From contig JBAZZO010000010.1 in NCBI GenBank assembly GCA_041658765.1, positions 2,360 to 66,359 of the forward strand: a DNA stretch of 64,000 bases. Reading direction: 5' to 3'. Position numbers and translations under genes: made by a program. Below the pieces are notes generated by a model. That model was given only the letters and a program-made list of their open reading frames with translations, was not told the DNA's origin and ran no database searches. The stretch comes from Coriobacteriia bacterium (lineage in GTDB: Bacteria; Actinomycetota; Coriobacteriia; Anaerosomatales; JBAZZO01). This document shows positions 52,617-62,126 of this stretch, piece after piece; position 1 is the first letter of the stretch, and every line of letters starts with the position of its first letter.

Positions 52617-54007
52617 CACTGCGCGCTCTCCTCGCTGTCGTCCCCTCGGCCGGCCCGCTTCGCGGCCCACCCCTGTACCGTGCGCTGTTCGCTCCGTTCC
52701 ACCGCGAGGGACCCCGGCGGCACGTCTCGCGTGATCGCGCTGCCTGCGGCCGTTGTCGCTCCCTCGCCCACGGTCACCGGCGCCACGAGCATCGTGTCGG
52801 AGCCGATGAAGGCGCCGTCGCCGATGACCGTGGGGTGCTTCTCGCGTCCGTCGTAGTTGCACGTGATCGTGCCGGCTCCGACGTTCACGTCCGCGCCGAT
52901 GGTCGCATCTCCAATATAGGACAAGTGAGGCACCTTGGAGCCTTCACCGACGGTGGAGTTCTTGATCTCCACACATGCGCCGGCCTTCGCGCCGTCGGCA
53001 AGGACGGTGCCTTGCCGCAGGTAAGCCACGGGACCCACGCTCGCACCGGCACCGACCCGGGCACCTACCAGCACGGACGAGTCCACGACAGCGCCGGGCC
53101 CTACATGAGCGTCGGTCAGGCGCGCGTTCGGCCCGATCGTCGCCGCGTCACCGACCACGGTGGATCCCATCAGGAACGACATGGGCTCGATGACGACGTC
53201 GCGCCCGATACGCACCGATGGCGCGATCCACACCAGGTCGGGAGCGGTCATCGTGACGCCGGCGAGCATGTGCGACTCGTTGACCCAGCGCTGGAGCGTC
53301 CGCGCCGCATCGGCGAGCTGGACACGGCTATTGACGCCCATCGCCTCGAGGGGCTCGTCGGTCTCGACGGCGATCACCTTCATGCCCTCAGAGCGGAACA
53401 GGGCGATCATGTCGGTCAAGTACAGCTCCCCTTGCGCGTTGTCGTCCGAGATCCGATGCAGGTGCGCGAAGAGAGCGGCTGCGTCGAAGCAGTACGTTCC
53501 CGTGCTGACCTCGCCTATCGCTTCCTGACCCGGCGCGAGGTCCTTCTGCTCGACGATCGCCTCGAGGTCCCCCCCGTCGTCGCGGACGATGCGGCCGTAT
53601 CCGGCGGTGTTCTCCGGTCGCGAGGTGAGCACGACAGCAGCGGCCGATGTCGAGCGCTGGGTCTCGACGAGCCGACCGATCGTCTGAGGTCGCATCAGCG
53701 GCGTGTCGCCGGACAGCACGACGAGCGGCCCGTCCAACCCGGCGAGGGAGTCCTCGGCACACATCACGGCGTGCCCCGTGCCCAACTGCCGGTCCTGGCG
53801 GACGAAGCGTCCTCCTGGTAGCAGCGATTCGACGATCTCGGCCCCGTGTCCGGTGACGACGATGATGGGGTCGCATCCGGCTTGTCGAGCGCCATCGACG
53901 GCGAGCTCGATGAGCGGGACTCCGAGGATGCGGTGCGCGACCTTCGGGAGGTCCGATCGCATGCGGGTCCCCTCGCCGGCCGCGAGTATGAGTGCTGCCG
54001 CGCCCAA
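52616..54007 (-). CDS. glmU: bifunctional UDP-N-acetylglucosamine pyrophosphorylase / GlcN-1-P acetyltransferase
   Basis: Track ORF, 463 aa (TTG start). LILAAGEGTRMRSDLPKV, followed by left-handed beta-helix hexapeptide repeats. Confidence 0.95.
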   Translation of the reverse strand: MGAAALILAAGEGTRMRSDLPKVAHRILGVPLIELAVDGARQAGCDPIIVVTGHGAEIVESLLPGGRFVRQDRQLGTGHAVMCAEDSLAGLDGPLVVLSGDTPLMRPQTIGRLVETQRSTSAAAVVLTSRPENTAGYGRIVRDDGGDLEAIVEQKDLAPGQEAIGEVSTGTYCFDAAALFAHLHRISDDNAQGELYLTDMIALFRSEGMKVIAVETDEPLEAMGVNSRVQLADAARTLQRWVNESHMLAGVTMTAPDLVWIAPSVRIGRDVVIEPMSFLMGSTVVGDAATIGPNARLTDAHVGPGAVVDSSVLVGARVGAGASVGPVAYLRQGTVLADGAKAGACVEIKNSTVGEGSKVPHLSYIGDATIGADVNVGAGTITCNYDGREKHPTVIGDGAFIGSDTMLVAPVTVGEGATTAAGSAITRDVPPGSLAVERSEQRTVQGWAAKRAGRGDDSEESAQ

Positions 54008-54053
54008 CTGCGCTCCTATGCGGTAGGAGGACTGCCGCCTCCGGGGGCCGACC

Positions 54054-54128
54054 TGGCTGGGGCGGTAGGATTCGAACCTACGGATGGAGGATCCAAAGTC
54101 CTCTGCCTTGCCGCTTGGCTACGCCCCA
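54054..54128 (-). tRNA. tRNA-Gln(TTG)
   Basis: The reverse complement reads TGGGGCGTAGCCAAGCGGCAAGGCAGAGGACTTTGGATCCTCCATCCGTAGGTTCGAATCCTACCGCCCCAGCCA. It folds as a cloverleaf with anticodon loop cuUUGga and an encoded CCA. Confidence 0.85.
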
Positions 54129-54245
54129 TCGACACGCGTCGCGACCGGCACGAACGCCGACCGTGACCGCGCGAAGTATAGCATACGGAAAGCGCGCCGC
54201 CCTCTCGGTCGGAGCGTCACGGCGAAGCTGGACGGGAGCCGGACT

Positions 54246-54545
54246 TCAGGACGGAGCGGGAGCCGCGTCCGCGGCGGCACTGAACGCCTCGACTCCGCCG
54301 TCCGCCTCGAACTGCGAGAGCACCGCCTGTTGGATCGCGGCGCGCGCGTCCGTGTTGATCGGATGGCACACGTCGCGGAACTCGCCGCTCGGCAGCTTGC
54401 GCGAGGGCATCGCGACGAAGAGCCCCTTGTCTCCGTTCACCACCCGCAGGTCGTGTATCACGAACTCGTCATCAATGACGATGCTCGCGATCGCGCAGAC
54501 CTTGTTCATGGCGACGGGGCGCAGCGTGACCTTCGTGATGTCCAT
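54246..54545 (-). CDS. spoVG: septation/regulatory protein SpoVG
   Basis: Track ORF trimmed to ATG 54545. MDITKVTLRPV...KVCAIASIVIDDEFVIHDLRVVNGDKGLFVAMPSRK. Confidence 0.9.
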   Translation of the reverse strand: MDITKVTLRPVAMNKVCAIASIVIDDEFVIHDLRVVNGDKGLFVAMPSRKLPSGEFRDVCHPINTDARAAIQQAVLSQFEADGGVEAFSAAADAAPAPS

Positions 54546-54662
54546 GGATCCCCCCGAAGAACAGAGCTCCGGCGCGCCCGGCGAACGCGTCGATCCTCTC
54601 CGCTCATCATCATCTTTCGACGCCCGCGGGTCAAACACCTTCCCCCGCAGCGTAAGACATCG

Positions 54663-55427
54663 CTAGACGAACCGATCGGCGGCGGTGCCCAGCATCCTTT
54701 CGGCGAGCACGACGTCGGCCGGCTTGTCGACATCCATGCCGAGCGCCGCCCGGTGCGTCACGATCGCGGCGCCGGTGCCTCCGAGCAGCTGACCGAGCTT
54801 CTTCTCGACCATCGCCGGGTCGAGACGACCCGTTGCGAGCTTGAAGAAGAACCGGACGCCGAGCACCTTCGCCATGGCGGCGGGGCTCTTGCGCGTGTCG
54901 AACATCCGCTGGCCGATCCCGCGGATCGCCGGGACGAGAGACGGGTTGACGAGCATCATGTTCCCGCCGGTGACCCTGCCCGTCGACAGCTTGACGAATG
55001 TGCGCTCGCCGCCCGGGAAGGCGGCGACCATGTCCTGCTCGGGGATGAGCGGATATGTGAAGTCCGCCCCGGTCGCAAGAGAGGCTCGCACGAAGTCGTC
55101 GACGTCTTCCCCCCGCAGGAGCGGAAGATCCCCGGTCACGACCAACACCGGCCGGTCCACGCGGAACGCGACGATGCCCGCGACGACGTTGTCCATGAAG
55201 GAGCGGTCGGAGACAACGACCTTGTCGACCTTGTCCGCCCAGCCGCCGAGGTCCTCCGCGGTGGGAACGACGACCGCGAGACCCTCCACCATCTCCGCTT
55301 CACGCATGGCGTCGACGACCCATTCGACCATCGGTCGACCGGCGACATTGACGAGTCCCTTGAAGCGGCATCCAGGGTCGATGACCGCGCCGTCGCCACC
55401 GGCGAGCACGATCGCGTCGACCCTCAC
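54663..55427 (-). CDS. MobA-like NTP-transferase-fold nucleotidyltransferase
   Basis: Track ORF, 254 aa. AIVLAGGDG....K.L..VAGRPMV is a glycine-rich NTP-binding N-terminus. 4-nt overlap with ispE. Confidence 0.6.
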   Translation of the reverse strand: MRVDAIVLAGGDGAVIDPGCRFKGLVNVAGRPMVEWVVDAMREAEMVEGLAVVVPTAEDLGGWADKVDKVVVSDRSFMDNVVAGIVAFRVDRPVLVVTGDLPLLRGEDVDDFVRASLATGADFTYPLIPEQDMVAAFPGGERTFVKLSTGRVTGGNMMLVNPSLVPAIRGIGQRMFDTRKSPAAMAKVLGVRFFFKLATGRLDPAMVEKKLGQLLGGTGAAIVTHRAALGMDVDKPADVVLAERMLGTAADRFV

Positions 55428-56323
55428 TCGCCGCCCCCGTCCCCGTCACCGGTCACGACGGCACCGAGGGGGCTCGTACGAGTGACCCACGCTCTCCACC
55501 CGCGCACGGTGGCCCGATCGGCCACGGCTTTGGCGGCATCCTCGCTCTCGGCGATAGCGAAGACGCAGCTTCCCGACCCCGCCATCGCCGCCCCCAGAAC
55601 GCCCGGCGAGCTGCCGAGCATGCCGAGAGCATCCGCGATGCTGGGAAGCAGTCCGCAGCTGGCGGCGGATAGGTCGTTGCGCAGGCGCGAGCCGATGAGC
55701 GCGAGATCGCCGGCCTGCAGCGCCTCGACCATCCCCGTGGCTTCTGTCACCTGTGAAGGCGCGACGTCCAACGCGGCGTAGACGGCCGCGGTCGAGACGG
55801 GCTCGCCGACGTCCACGACGACGATGTCGGCCTCGGGCGTCGGCATGCGGGCGACGAGTTCGTCCCCGCGAGACTTGTACAGCCCGGTGCCTCCGGTCAG
55901 GAAGAAGGGCACGTCGGCGCCGAGACGGGCCGCGACTGCCCGTACGACGGCGGAATGCGGGTCCACCTCCCAGAGGCTGCACAGTCCCAGGATCACCGCG
56001 GCGGCATCGGAACTCCCGCCGCCGAGGCCCCCGCCCACGGGAAGGCGCTTGACCACTCGCAGTGCGACGGCGAGCGGGCGCTCCAGACTCGAAGACAGCG
56101 CCACCGCCGCCGCGCACGCGAGATTGCGTTCGGGGAATACGGCGATCTCGGGCTCGCACACGAAGCTGAAGCCCGCTGCGGGAGTGACGGTGACCGTGTC
56201 GTGGAGCGAGAGCGCTGTGAGCACGGTGGACACGTCGTGGAAGCCGTCGTCGCGACGGCGGCCCACGGACAAGAAGAGGTTGACTTTGGCGGGCGCGGCG
56301 AGCTTCAAGCCCATCCCGGTCAT
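55424..56323 (-). CDS. ispE: 4-diphosphocytidyl-2-C-methyl-D-erythritol kinase
   Basis: Track ORF, 299 aa. APAKVNLFLSV..RRDDGFH and PVGGGLGGGSSDAAAV (GHMP kinase motif). Confidence 0.9.
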   Translation of the reverse strand: MTGMGLKLAAPAKVNLFLSVGRRRDDGFHDVSTVLTALSLHDTVTVTPAAGFSFVCEPEIAVFPERNLACAAAVALSSSLERPLAVALRVVKRLPVGGGLGGGSSDAAAVILGLCSLWEVDPHSAVVRAVAARLGADVPFFLTGGTGLYKSRGDELVARMPTPEADIVVVDVGEPVSTAAVYAALDVAPSQVTEATGMVEALQAGDLALIGSRLRNDLSAASCGLLPSIADALGMLGSSPGVLGAAMAGSGSCVFAIAESEDAAKAVADRATVRGWRAWVTRTSPLGAVVTGDGDGGGE

Positions 56324-56327
56324 CGGA

Positions 56328-56609
56328 TCAGTTGAGCCAGGGGAAGACGCTCTCGCCGCTGTCCGGGTGCGTAAGCTCGACCGTGCCTGTGAGGATGTCC
56401 ACGTAGCTGTACGACACGCGGGCGGTGCGCTCGCGCTTCTCCTCGACTTTGACCACGAATAGACTCGGGTGCGTCTGCTCGAGCACGCCCTCGCGCTCTA
56501 CGATCTTGGACCGCCCCATGTTCGCCTTCAGGCGCATGCGGGCGCCCATCAACGACTGGAGGTCGCTTCGGATACGTCCGACGACCTCCGCCTGCTGTAT
56601 AGCGTCCAT
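56328..56609 (-). CDS. veg: Veg-family protein
   Basis: Track ORF, 93 aa. ..G.R..LKANMGRSKIVEREGVLEQTHPSLFVV... is the Veg/DUF1021 pattern. Its position between ksgA and ispE matches Bacillus. Confidence 0.8.
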   Translation of the reverse strand: MDAIQQAEVVGRIRSDLQSLMGARMRLKANMGRSKIVEREGVLEQTHPSLFVVKVEEKRERTARVSYSYVDILTGTVELTHPDSGESVFPWLN

Positions 56610-56657
56610 GAACCCCTCCTCACAATAGAGGGATTATACACGACAGGGCCCTCGCCC

Positions 56658-57524
56658 TCAACCGAGAAGACCCGCGGTATGCAGCGCCTCCCCGAGCGCG
56701 ACGAACTCCTCGACCTCGAGGGTCTCGGCGCGGCGCGCGGGCTCGATCCCGGCCGACTCGATAGCCGTGTCGACCGCCGCGACCGGGATTCCGAGCGAGG
56801 CGGCGACGCTGTTGCCGAGCCGCTTGCGGCGCTGGGCGAACCCCGCTGTGGCGGCCCGCGCGGCGCGGCCGAGGACCTCCGCCGGCTCGGGACGGGTCGC
56901 GCGCTCGAGCCGTAGGACAGCCGAATCGACCCTCGGCGGCGGCAGGAAGCACGTCCTCGCGACCGCGAACCTGCCGCTCGCCCGCGCGAGCAACCGCAAC
57001 TTGACCGTGTACGCCCCGTATTCCTTCGTGCCGGGGACCGCGCACATCCGATCCGCCACCTCCGACTGGACCATCACCGTCGCGGTGCGCAGCCCTGGCA
57101 GACACTCCAAGAAGCGCAAGACGACAGTCGCGGCGACGGCATACGGAAGGTTCGCCACGAGGGCGGTGGGTGGTCCGAGCGCAGTGACGAGCCTATCGGG
57201 ATCGACCGAGACCGCGTCAGCGTGCACGATCTCGAGGCCCGGACACCCCTCGGTCGTCCTCCGAAGGACGGGGATGAGCCGATCGTCGCGCTCGACGGCG
57301 ACCACGGCGCCCGCATGGGAGCACAGGGGTATCGTCAGCGTCCCGATGCCCGGCCCGACCTCGAGGACGACGTCGGAGAGCGAGAGACCGGCGAGAGTCA
57401 GGATGCGCCCTATGACGTTGTCGTCGACGAGAAGGTGCTGCCCGTAGGCCTTCCGCGTGAACAGCCCGTTCTCGCGGAGCACGGCGATGGCGGCCGAAGG
57501 AGAGGCCAGGGGCGAGTGCGCCAC
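56658..57524 (-). CDS. rsmA: 16S rRNA (adenine1518/1519-N6)-dimethyltransferase
   Basis: Track ORF 56658..58613 trimmed to GTG 57524. ..KAYGQHLLVD...VLEVGPGIGTLT...ANLPY.... Confidence 0.9.
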   Translation of the reverse strand: MAHSPLASPSAAIAVLRENGLFTRKAYGQHLLVDDNVIGRILTLAGLSLSDVVLEVGPGIGTLTIPLCSHAGAVVAVERDDRLIPVLRRTTEGCPGLEIVHADAVSVDPDRLVTALGPPTALVANLPYAVAATVVLRFLECLPGLRTATVMVQSEVADRMCAVPGTKEYGAYTVKLRLLARASGRFAVARTCFLPPPRVDSAVLRLERATRPEPAEVLGRAARAATAGFAQRRKRLGNSVAASLGIPVAAVDTAIESAGIEPARRAETLEVEEFVALGEALHTAGLLG

Positions 57525-57532
57525 AGGGAACC

Positions 57533-58561
57533 CTAGGGGAGTACGACGATGGTGACCGAACGCCGCCCCCAGGCGAGGGCCTCGCGGACCGTGTCGAAGC
57601 AGACGTCGATGCGATTCCCGCGGATGGCGGAGCCGGTGTCGGCCGCGACAGCGTACCCGTAGCCGGGGATGTACACGCGGGTCCCGAGAGGGATGACGTC
57701 GGGGTCGACCGCGACGATACCGTACCCGGCATGCGCTCCGGTCGCGGTGTGGTTGCCCGCTCCGCCGCCGGGTGCGTACGCAGTCGAATCGACGCGCAAC
57801 CGCGTACCGCCCGACGGGGCCGCGGCGGCGGAGACGCGCGCGGGGACCCTGCTGGCGACCTGACGGCTGACAACGCGCTTCGTGCCCACGGCGACGACCT
57901 CGTCTATCGGCGCCTCGACGACGCGCTGCGCGCGAAGCCTGAGAGCGCCCTGACGGCCGTCGACCACGAGAGCCTGGAAGATTCGCAGCACCCTGCCCGC
58001 CACCCCGCGCACGACGACGCGGCGCGTGCCGATCGCGAGCTCGGGATCGTCGACCTTCACCGTCTTGAACGGCACGACCGCGGAGTGTTCGATGACGCGA
58101 AGGAAGACGTCGGTCGCCGTGATCGTCATGCCCGAGACGAGACGGGCGTCGATAGCGGGAGAGACGTGCAGGCCGCTGCCCGGGTCGAGCCCTGCGGCGA
58201 CGAGCGCGTCGGCGACGGTCGTCCCGATCACCCTCAACGAGAAGCGCTTTCCCGCGGCCTCGAGGCGCACGGGCACGGCGTGGCGGACCACGACCTTCAT
58301 CCCGTCGCGAAGACGCGTGGCGGGCACAGGGGAGACGATGTCGCCCTCGCGTGCGCGGACGCCGGTCTGCGAGAGCAGACCGGCCACGTCGCTTGCCTGG
58401 GTCTTGTGATAGGCCGCACGCCCGTCGACGACGAGCGTGACGCCCTTGTTGGCCCAAACGAATCCGGTGATGCAGAGTATGGCGACTGCTACGACGAAGG
58501 CTGCTGCTATGGCGTAATGGGTCTTCTGGAATCGTGCCGGGCCACCCGGCAGTCGTCCCAT
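57533..58561 (-). CDS. YabE-like cell-wall protein (TM + DUF348 repeats + G5 + 3D domain)
   Basis: Track ORF trimmed to ATG 58561. N-terminal TM, then ..VTLVVDGR..., then a G5-like middle. The C-terminal ..GIVAVDPDVIPLGTRVYIPGYGYAVAADTGSAIRGNRIDV is a 3D domain. Confidence 0.8.
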   Translation of the reverse strand: MGRLPGGPARFQKTHYAIAAAFVVAVAILCITGFVWANKGVTLVVDGRAAYHKTQASDVAGLLSQTGVRAREGDIVSPVPATRLRDGMKVVVRHAVPVRLEAAGKRFSLRVIGTTVADALVAAGLDPGSGLHVSPAIDARLVSGMTITATDVFLRVIEHSAVVPFKTVKVDDPELAIGTRRVVVRGVAGRVLRIFQALVVDGRQGALRLRAQRVVEAPIDEVVAVGTKRVVSRQVASRVPARVSAAAAPSGGTRLRVDSTAYAPGGGAGNHTATGAHAGYGIVAVDPDVIPLGTRVYIPGYGYAVAADTGSAIRGNRIDVCFDTVREALAWGRRSVTIVVLP

Positions 58562-58715
58562 ACGGCCCTTTCGTCCGCCCGATGTCACATGGAAATCCGT
58601 CACGCGCGTGCACGCCGGTGCGTTGCGACGGCCCCCCTCATGCGGGGTCGATTCTACCGCAACCCGTCGACGGCCCACAAACGAGCAGGTCGCCACGGAA
58701 CGGTCACGCGGGCTC

Positions 58716-59324
58716 TCAGCCTGCGTCCCCCGAGAGTCGCGCGGCGGCCTCCTTCACGAGCGTCGCGCCCGTCTCGCGAGCTCGCGCCAGACCTTCAGGA
58801 TGCCGTCCGAGGTCCGACGGGGAGTCGACGGGCTCGACCTCGACAGGCGGGAGGCAGTCGACGCCGAGCACGGCGAAGACGCTCTTCGTCGTGAGCTTCG
58901 CGGCCTCGAAACCGTACGGGTCGCCTCCGCCTCGCACCAGCAGCATCGCGCCCGGCCGCCGCCGGGGCGCGGGCTCGAGCAGGACATGCCGGCGCGCCCA
59001 GTAGGGCTGGCAGCGGTCGTAGATCGTCTTGAGCACGGCGGGCACCGTGGCGAAGTAGACCGGGCTGCCGACGACGATCGCGTCGGCGGCGTCGAGAAGC
59101 CGGTAGACTTCCCGCATCCCGTCTCTCACCACACACTCGCCGGTGAGCGAGCACGCGTTGCAGCCCCGGCATGGCAGGACGCCTGTCTGGCTCGCGACGA
59201 CCTTCACGATCTCGCCGCCCACCTCCGCTGCGCTCGACAGGCACGCGTCGAGAAGCTGTTCGCTGTTGCCGTGACGGCGCGGGCTGCCGGCGATCCCGAG
59301 GACGACCGGGACACGCGGGGTCAC
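58716..59324 (-). CDS. flavodoxin-like FMN reductase / iron-sulfur flavoprotein family
   Basis: C-terminal 202 codons of track ORF 58716..59657, starting at GTG 59324 (GTGA overlap with tatD). ..VLGIAGSPRRHGNSEQL.., ..CRGCNAC..GECV.. and ..IVVGSPVYF... Confidence 0.7.
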   Translation of the reverse strand: MTPRVPVVLGIAGSPRRHGNSEQLLDACLSSAAEVGGEIVKVVASQTGVLPCRGCNACSLTGECVVRDGMREVYRLLDAADAIVVGSPVYFATVPAVLKTIYDRCQPYWARRHVLLEPAPRRRPGAMLLVRGGGDPYGFEAAKLTTKSVFAVLGVDCLPPVEVEPVDSPSDLGRHPEGLARARETGATLVKEAAARLSGDAG

Positions 59325-60187
59325 GGCTTCGACTCCGGCGCGAGGGCGAACAGACGCCGGGCGTTCGCTAGCACGGCGCGAGCGAGATCCTCGGGATCTT
59401 CGCCGCGGACCTCGGCGAGACGGGCCGTCGTGAGAGCGACGTTCGCCGGCTCGTTCGGACGGCCTCTGAACGGGACGGGGGCGAGGAACGGGCAGTCCGT
59501 CTCGGCCAGCAGCTTCTCGATCGGCACCACGGCCGCGGCCTCGCGCACGCGATCGGCCTTGGCGAACGTGACTGGACCGGCGAACGACACGTGACAGCCG
59601 AGTTCGAGGAAACGCAGCGCGAGCTCCGGCCCTTCGGTGAAGCAGTGGATGACGCAACCGGCGGGAGGGACACCGACCTCCGAGAGGATCCGCAGCCCCT
59701 CCTCGTGGGCCTCGCGCAGGTGCACCACGATGGGGCGGGAGGCGCGGCGCGCGGCGACGAGATGATCGGCGAACATCGCCCGCTGCGCGTCCCGAGGCGA
59801 GTGGTCGTAGTGGAAATCGAGCCCGGCCTCGCCGACCGCGACGATGCGCCGGTCGGCGGCGAGAAGCTCGTCGAGACGGGCCGCGACGTCAGCGTCGTGC
59901 TTGCTCGCATCGTGGGGATGCACGCCGGCGACGATGCGCACCTCGGGTACCGAGAGGTCCTTCCGGCCGGCGTCGCGAAGGATGCGCGCCGCGTCCTCCC
60001 GCCAGCCGTCGAGCCCGCGCAGCGTGCGTTCGGGCTGCTCGGTGATGTCGACGACCGAGAGGACGAGCTCGAGACCCGCCAGCGCGGCCGCCGCCAGCGC
60101 GGCCGCGGGATCGTCGAGCATGTCGAGATGCGCGTGCGTGTCGGCAAGCGGGCCGATGCGCGGCAGGACTACCTGCTGTGGGACCAT
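59321..60187 (-). CDS. tatD: TatD-family metal-dependent DNase/hydrolase
   Basis: Track ORF 59321..61609 trimmed to ATG 60187. LADTHAHLD..., ..AVGEAGLDFHY.., ..VVHLREA.., ..IHCFTEG.. and ..LAETDCPFLAP... Confidence 0.9.
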   Translation of the reverse strand: MVPQQVVLPRIGPLADTHAHLDMLDDPAAALAAAALAGLELVLSVVDITEQPERTLRGLDGWREDAARILRDAGRKDLSVPEVRIVAGVHPHDASKHDADVAARLDELLAADRRIVAVGEAGLDFHYDHSPRDAQRAMFADHLVAARRASRPIVVHLREAHEEGLRILSEVGVPPAGCVIHCFTEGPELALRFLELGCHVSFAGPVTFAKADRVREAAAVVPIEKLLAETDCPFLAPVPFRGRPNEPANVALTTARLAEVRGEDPEDLARAVLANARRLFALAPESKP

Positions 60188-60192
60188 CCCGC

Positions 60193-61740
60193 TCACGCCT
60201 CGACGATGCGAGGGAAGAGCGATTCGCCCTTCGTGACGCGCAGTCCGGCGGGAAGACCGCCCCAAGCGGCCGCCGAGTCGAGGTCGCGCACGGCGGTCAC
60301 GTCCGAGAGACCGAGCCGGCGCCACACCTCGGCGCTCGCGGAGGGCATGACCGGTTCGGTGAAGAGCGCGGCGATACGCACCGCTTCGAGAGCGTGCGCG
60401 AGCACCGCGCGAAGCCGAGGAAGGGTCTCCTCCTCCTTGGCGAGGTTCCACGGCGCACAGTCCTCGATGTAACGGTTGGTCCGCTTCACCAGGTCCCAGA
60501 CCGCTTCGAGCGCACCGGCATAGTCGAGGTCCTCCATCGCCGCGCCGTAGCGCCCGGGCAGAGCCGCCGCGATCGCGACGAGTTCCTCGTCGTCGCCGGT
60601 CTCCGGCGTCGCCGGCTCGGGAGTCACGCCGTCGAGGTACTTCTCGGTCATGTTGAGCAACCGGGAGACGAGGTTTCCCCAGTCGTTGGCGAGATCGCCG
60701 TTGTAGCGCTGGACCATCCCCTCCATCGAGATCGAGCCGTCCGAGCCGAACTGCACGTCGCGAAGGAAGTAGTAGCGGTACGCGTCCACACCGAACCTCT
60801 CGACGAGGTCCGCGGGCGCCATGACGTTGCCCTTGCTCTTGCTCATCTTCTCGCCTTTTGCGAGGAGGAACCCGTGCGCGAATACCCGCTCGGGCAGCGG
60901 CAGGTCGGCGGCCATGAGCATCGCCGGCCATATCACGCAGTGGAAGCGGATGATGTCCTTCCCGACGAAGTGGACCTGCGCCGGCCAGCGACGCTCGAAC
61001 GTCTCGGCCGCTTCCGGATCGCCGTAGCCGATCGCGGTGATGTAGTTGAGGAGTGCGTCGAACCAGACGTACATCACATGGTCCGGGTCGAACGGCAGCG
61101 GGATGCCCCAGGCGAACGCCGTGCGGGAGATCGACAGGTCCTTGAGCCCGCCGCGGACGAAGGAGACCACCTCGTTGCGGCGCGTCTCGGGCCGGACGAA
61201 GCCGGGATGCGACTCGTAGTGTTCGAGAAGGCGGTCCTCGTACGCGGAGAGGCGGAAGAACCAGTTGTCCTCCCGAACGAGCTGCACCTCGCGGCCGCAG
61301 TCGGGGCAGCGACCGTCTACGAGCTGCTCCTCCGTGAAGAACGTCTCGTCGGGGACGCAGTACCAGCCCTCGTAGTGACCGCGGTAGATGTCTCCCCGCT
61401 CGTGGAGCGCCGAGAGGAAGGCGCCGGCCCCGCGTTCGTGACGATGCTCCGTCGTGCGGATGAAGTCGTCGTTGCTGACGCCGAGGAGCTCCCACGTCTC
61501 GAGGAAGCTGGGCGCGATCGAGTCGCACCACTCCTGCGGGGTCATGCCGTGCTCCTCCGCGGCCTGCGCGACCTTCTGGCCGTGTTCGTCGAGACCGGTG
61601 AGGAAGCACACGTCGTCACCGAGGAGGCGACGGTAGCGCGCGAGCGCGTCGGCCGCCACGGTCGTGTACGCGGTACCCAGGTGCGGAACGGAGTTCACGT
61701 AGTATATCGGGGTGGTGATGTAGAAACTGCGGGCTGTCAT
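60193..61740 (-). CDS. metG: methionine--tRNA ligase (short form)
   Basis: Track ORF, 515 aa. ..TTPIYYVNSVPHLGTAYT.. (HIGH region) and ..KMSKSKGN.. (KMSKS). Confidence 0.95.
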   Translation of the reverse strand: MTARSFYITTPIYYVNSVPHLGTAYTTVAADALARYRRLLGDDVCFLTGLDEHGQKVAQAAEEHGMTPQEWCDSIAPSFLETWELLGVSNDDFIRTTEHRHERGAGAFLSALHERGDIYRGHYEGWYCVPDETFFTEEQLVDGRCPDCGREVQLVREDNWFFRLSAYEDRLLEHYESHPGFVRPETRRNEVVSFVRGGLKDLSISRTAFAWGIPLPFDPDHVMYVWFDALLNYITAIGYGDPEAAETFERRWPAQVHFVGKDIIRFHCVIWPAMLMAADLPLPERVFAHGFLLAKGEKMSKSKGNVMAPADLVERFGVDAYRYYFLRDVQFGSDGSISMEGMVQRYNGDLANDWGNLVSRLLNMTEKYLDGVTPEPATPETGDDEELVAIAAALPGRYGAAMEDLDYAGALEAVWDLVKRTNRYIEDCAPWNLAKEEETLPRLRAVLAHALEAVRIAALFTEPVMPSASAEVWRRLGLSDVTAVRDLDSAAAWGGLPAGLRVTKGESLFPRIVEA

Positions 61741-61874
61741 CGCGTTACAAGGCCCCTTAGATGGGCAATCATGGAAATGACGGAGTACGGCACATACGAT
61801 GGCACGGGTGGACCGGCGTGCACGCCCTATCGTCGGTCACGCGCATCGGGCACGTCAATCGAAAGGCGGTCGCG

Positions 61875-62117
61875 ATGAGCGACACTGGCATCGTGCGTCG
61901 CGTGGACGACCTCGGCAGGATAGTGATCCCCATGGAGCTTCGCCGCACCCTCGGGATCAAGGTGAAGGATCCCATGGCGATCTTCGTCGAGGGCGAGCGG
62001 ATCATCCTCACGAAGCACCACGACGCGTGCGTGATCTGCGGACGACAGGACGACGTCGCGAGCGTCAAGGGCCGTCCCGTGTGCGCGGAGTGCGTGCGCG
62101 AGATCAAGAACGGCTAG
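61875..62117 (+). CDS. abrB: AbrB/SpoVT-type transition-state regulator with C-terminal four-Cys motif
   Basis: Track ORF 61761..62117 trimmed to ATG 61875. TGIVRRVDDLGRIVIPMELRRTLGI is near-identical in pattern to the B. subtilis AbrB N-domain. The C-terminus is CVICG...CAEC. It is divergent from metG, as in Bacillus. Confidence 0.8.
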   Translation: MSDTGIVRRVDDLGRIVIPMELRRTLGIKVKDPMAIFVEGERIILTKHHDACVICGRQDDVASVKGRPVCAECVREIKNG

Positions 62118-62126
62118 GGCGACGCT

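Noticed and set aside
61741-61874. T-box or other leader upstream of metG
   Set aside because: The intergenic space shared with divergent abrB is only ~130 nt. That is too short for a T-box, and no specifier/terminator architecture is visible.
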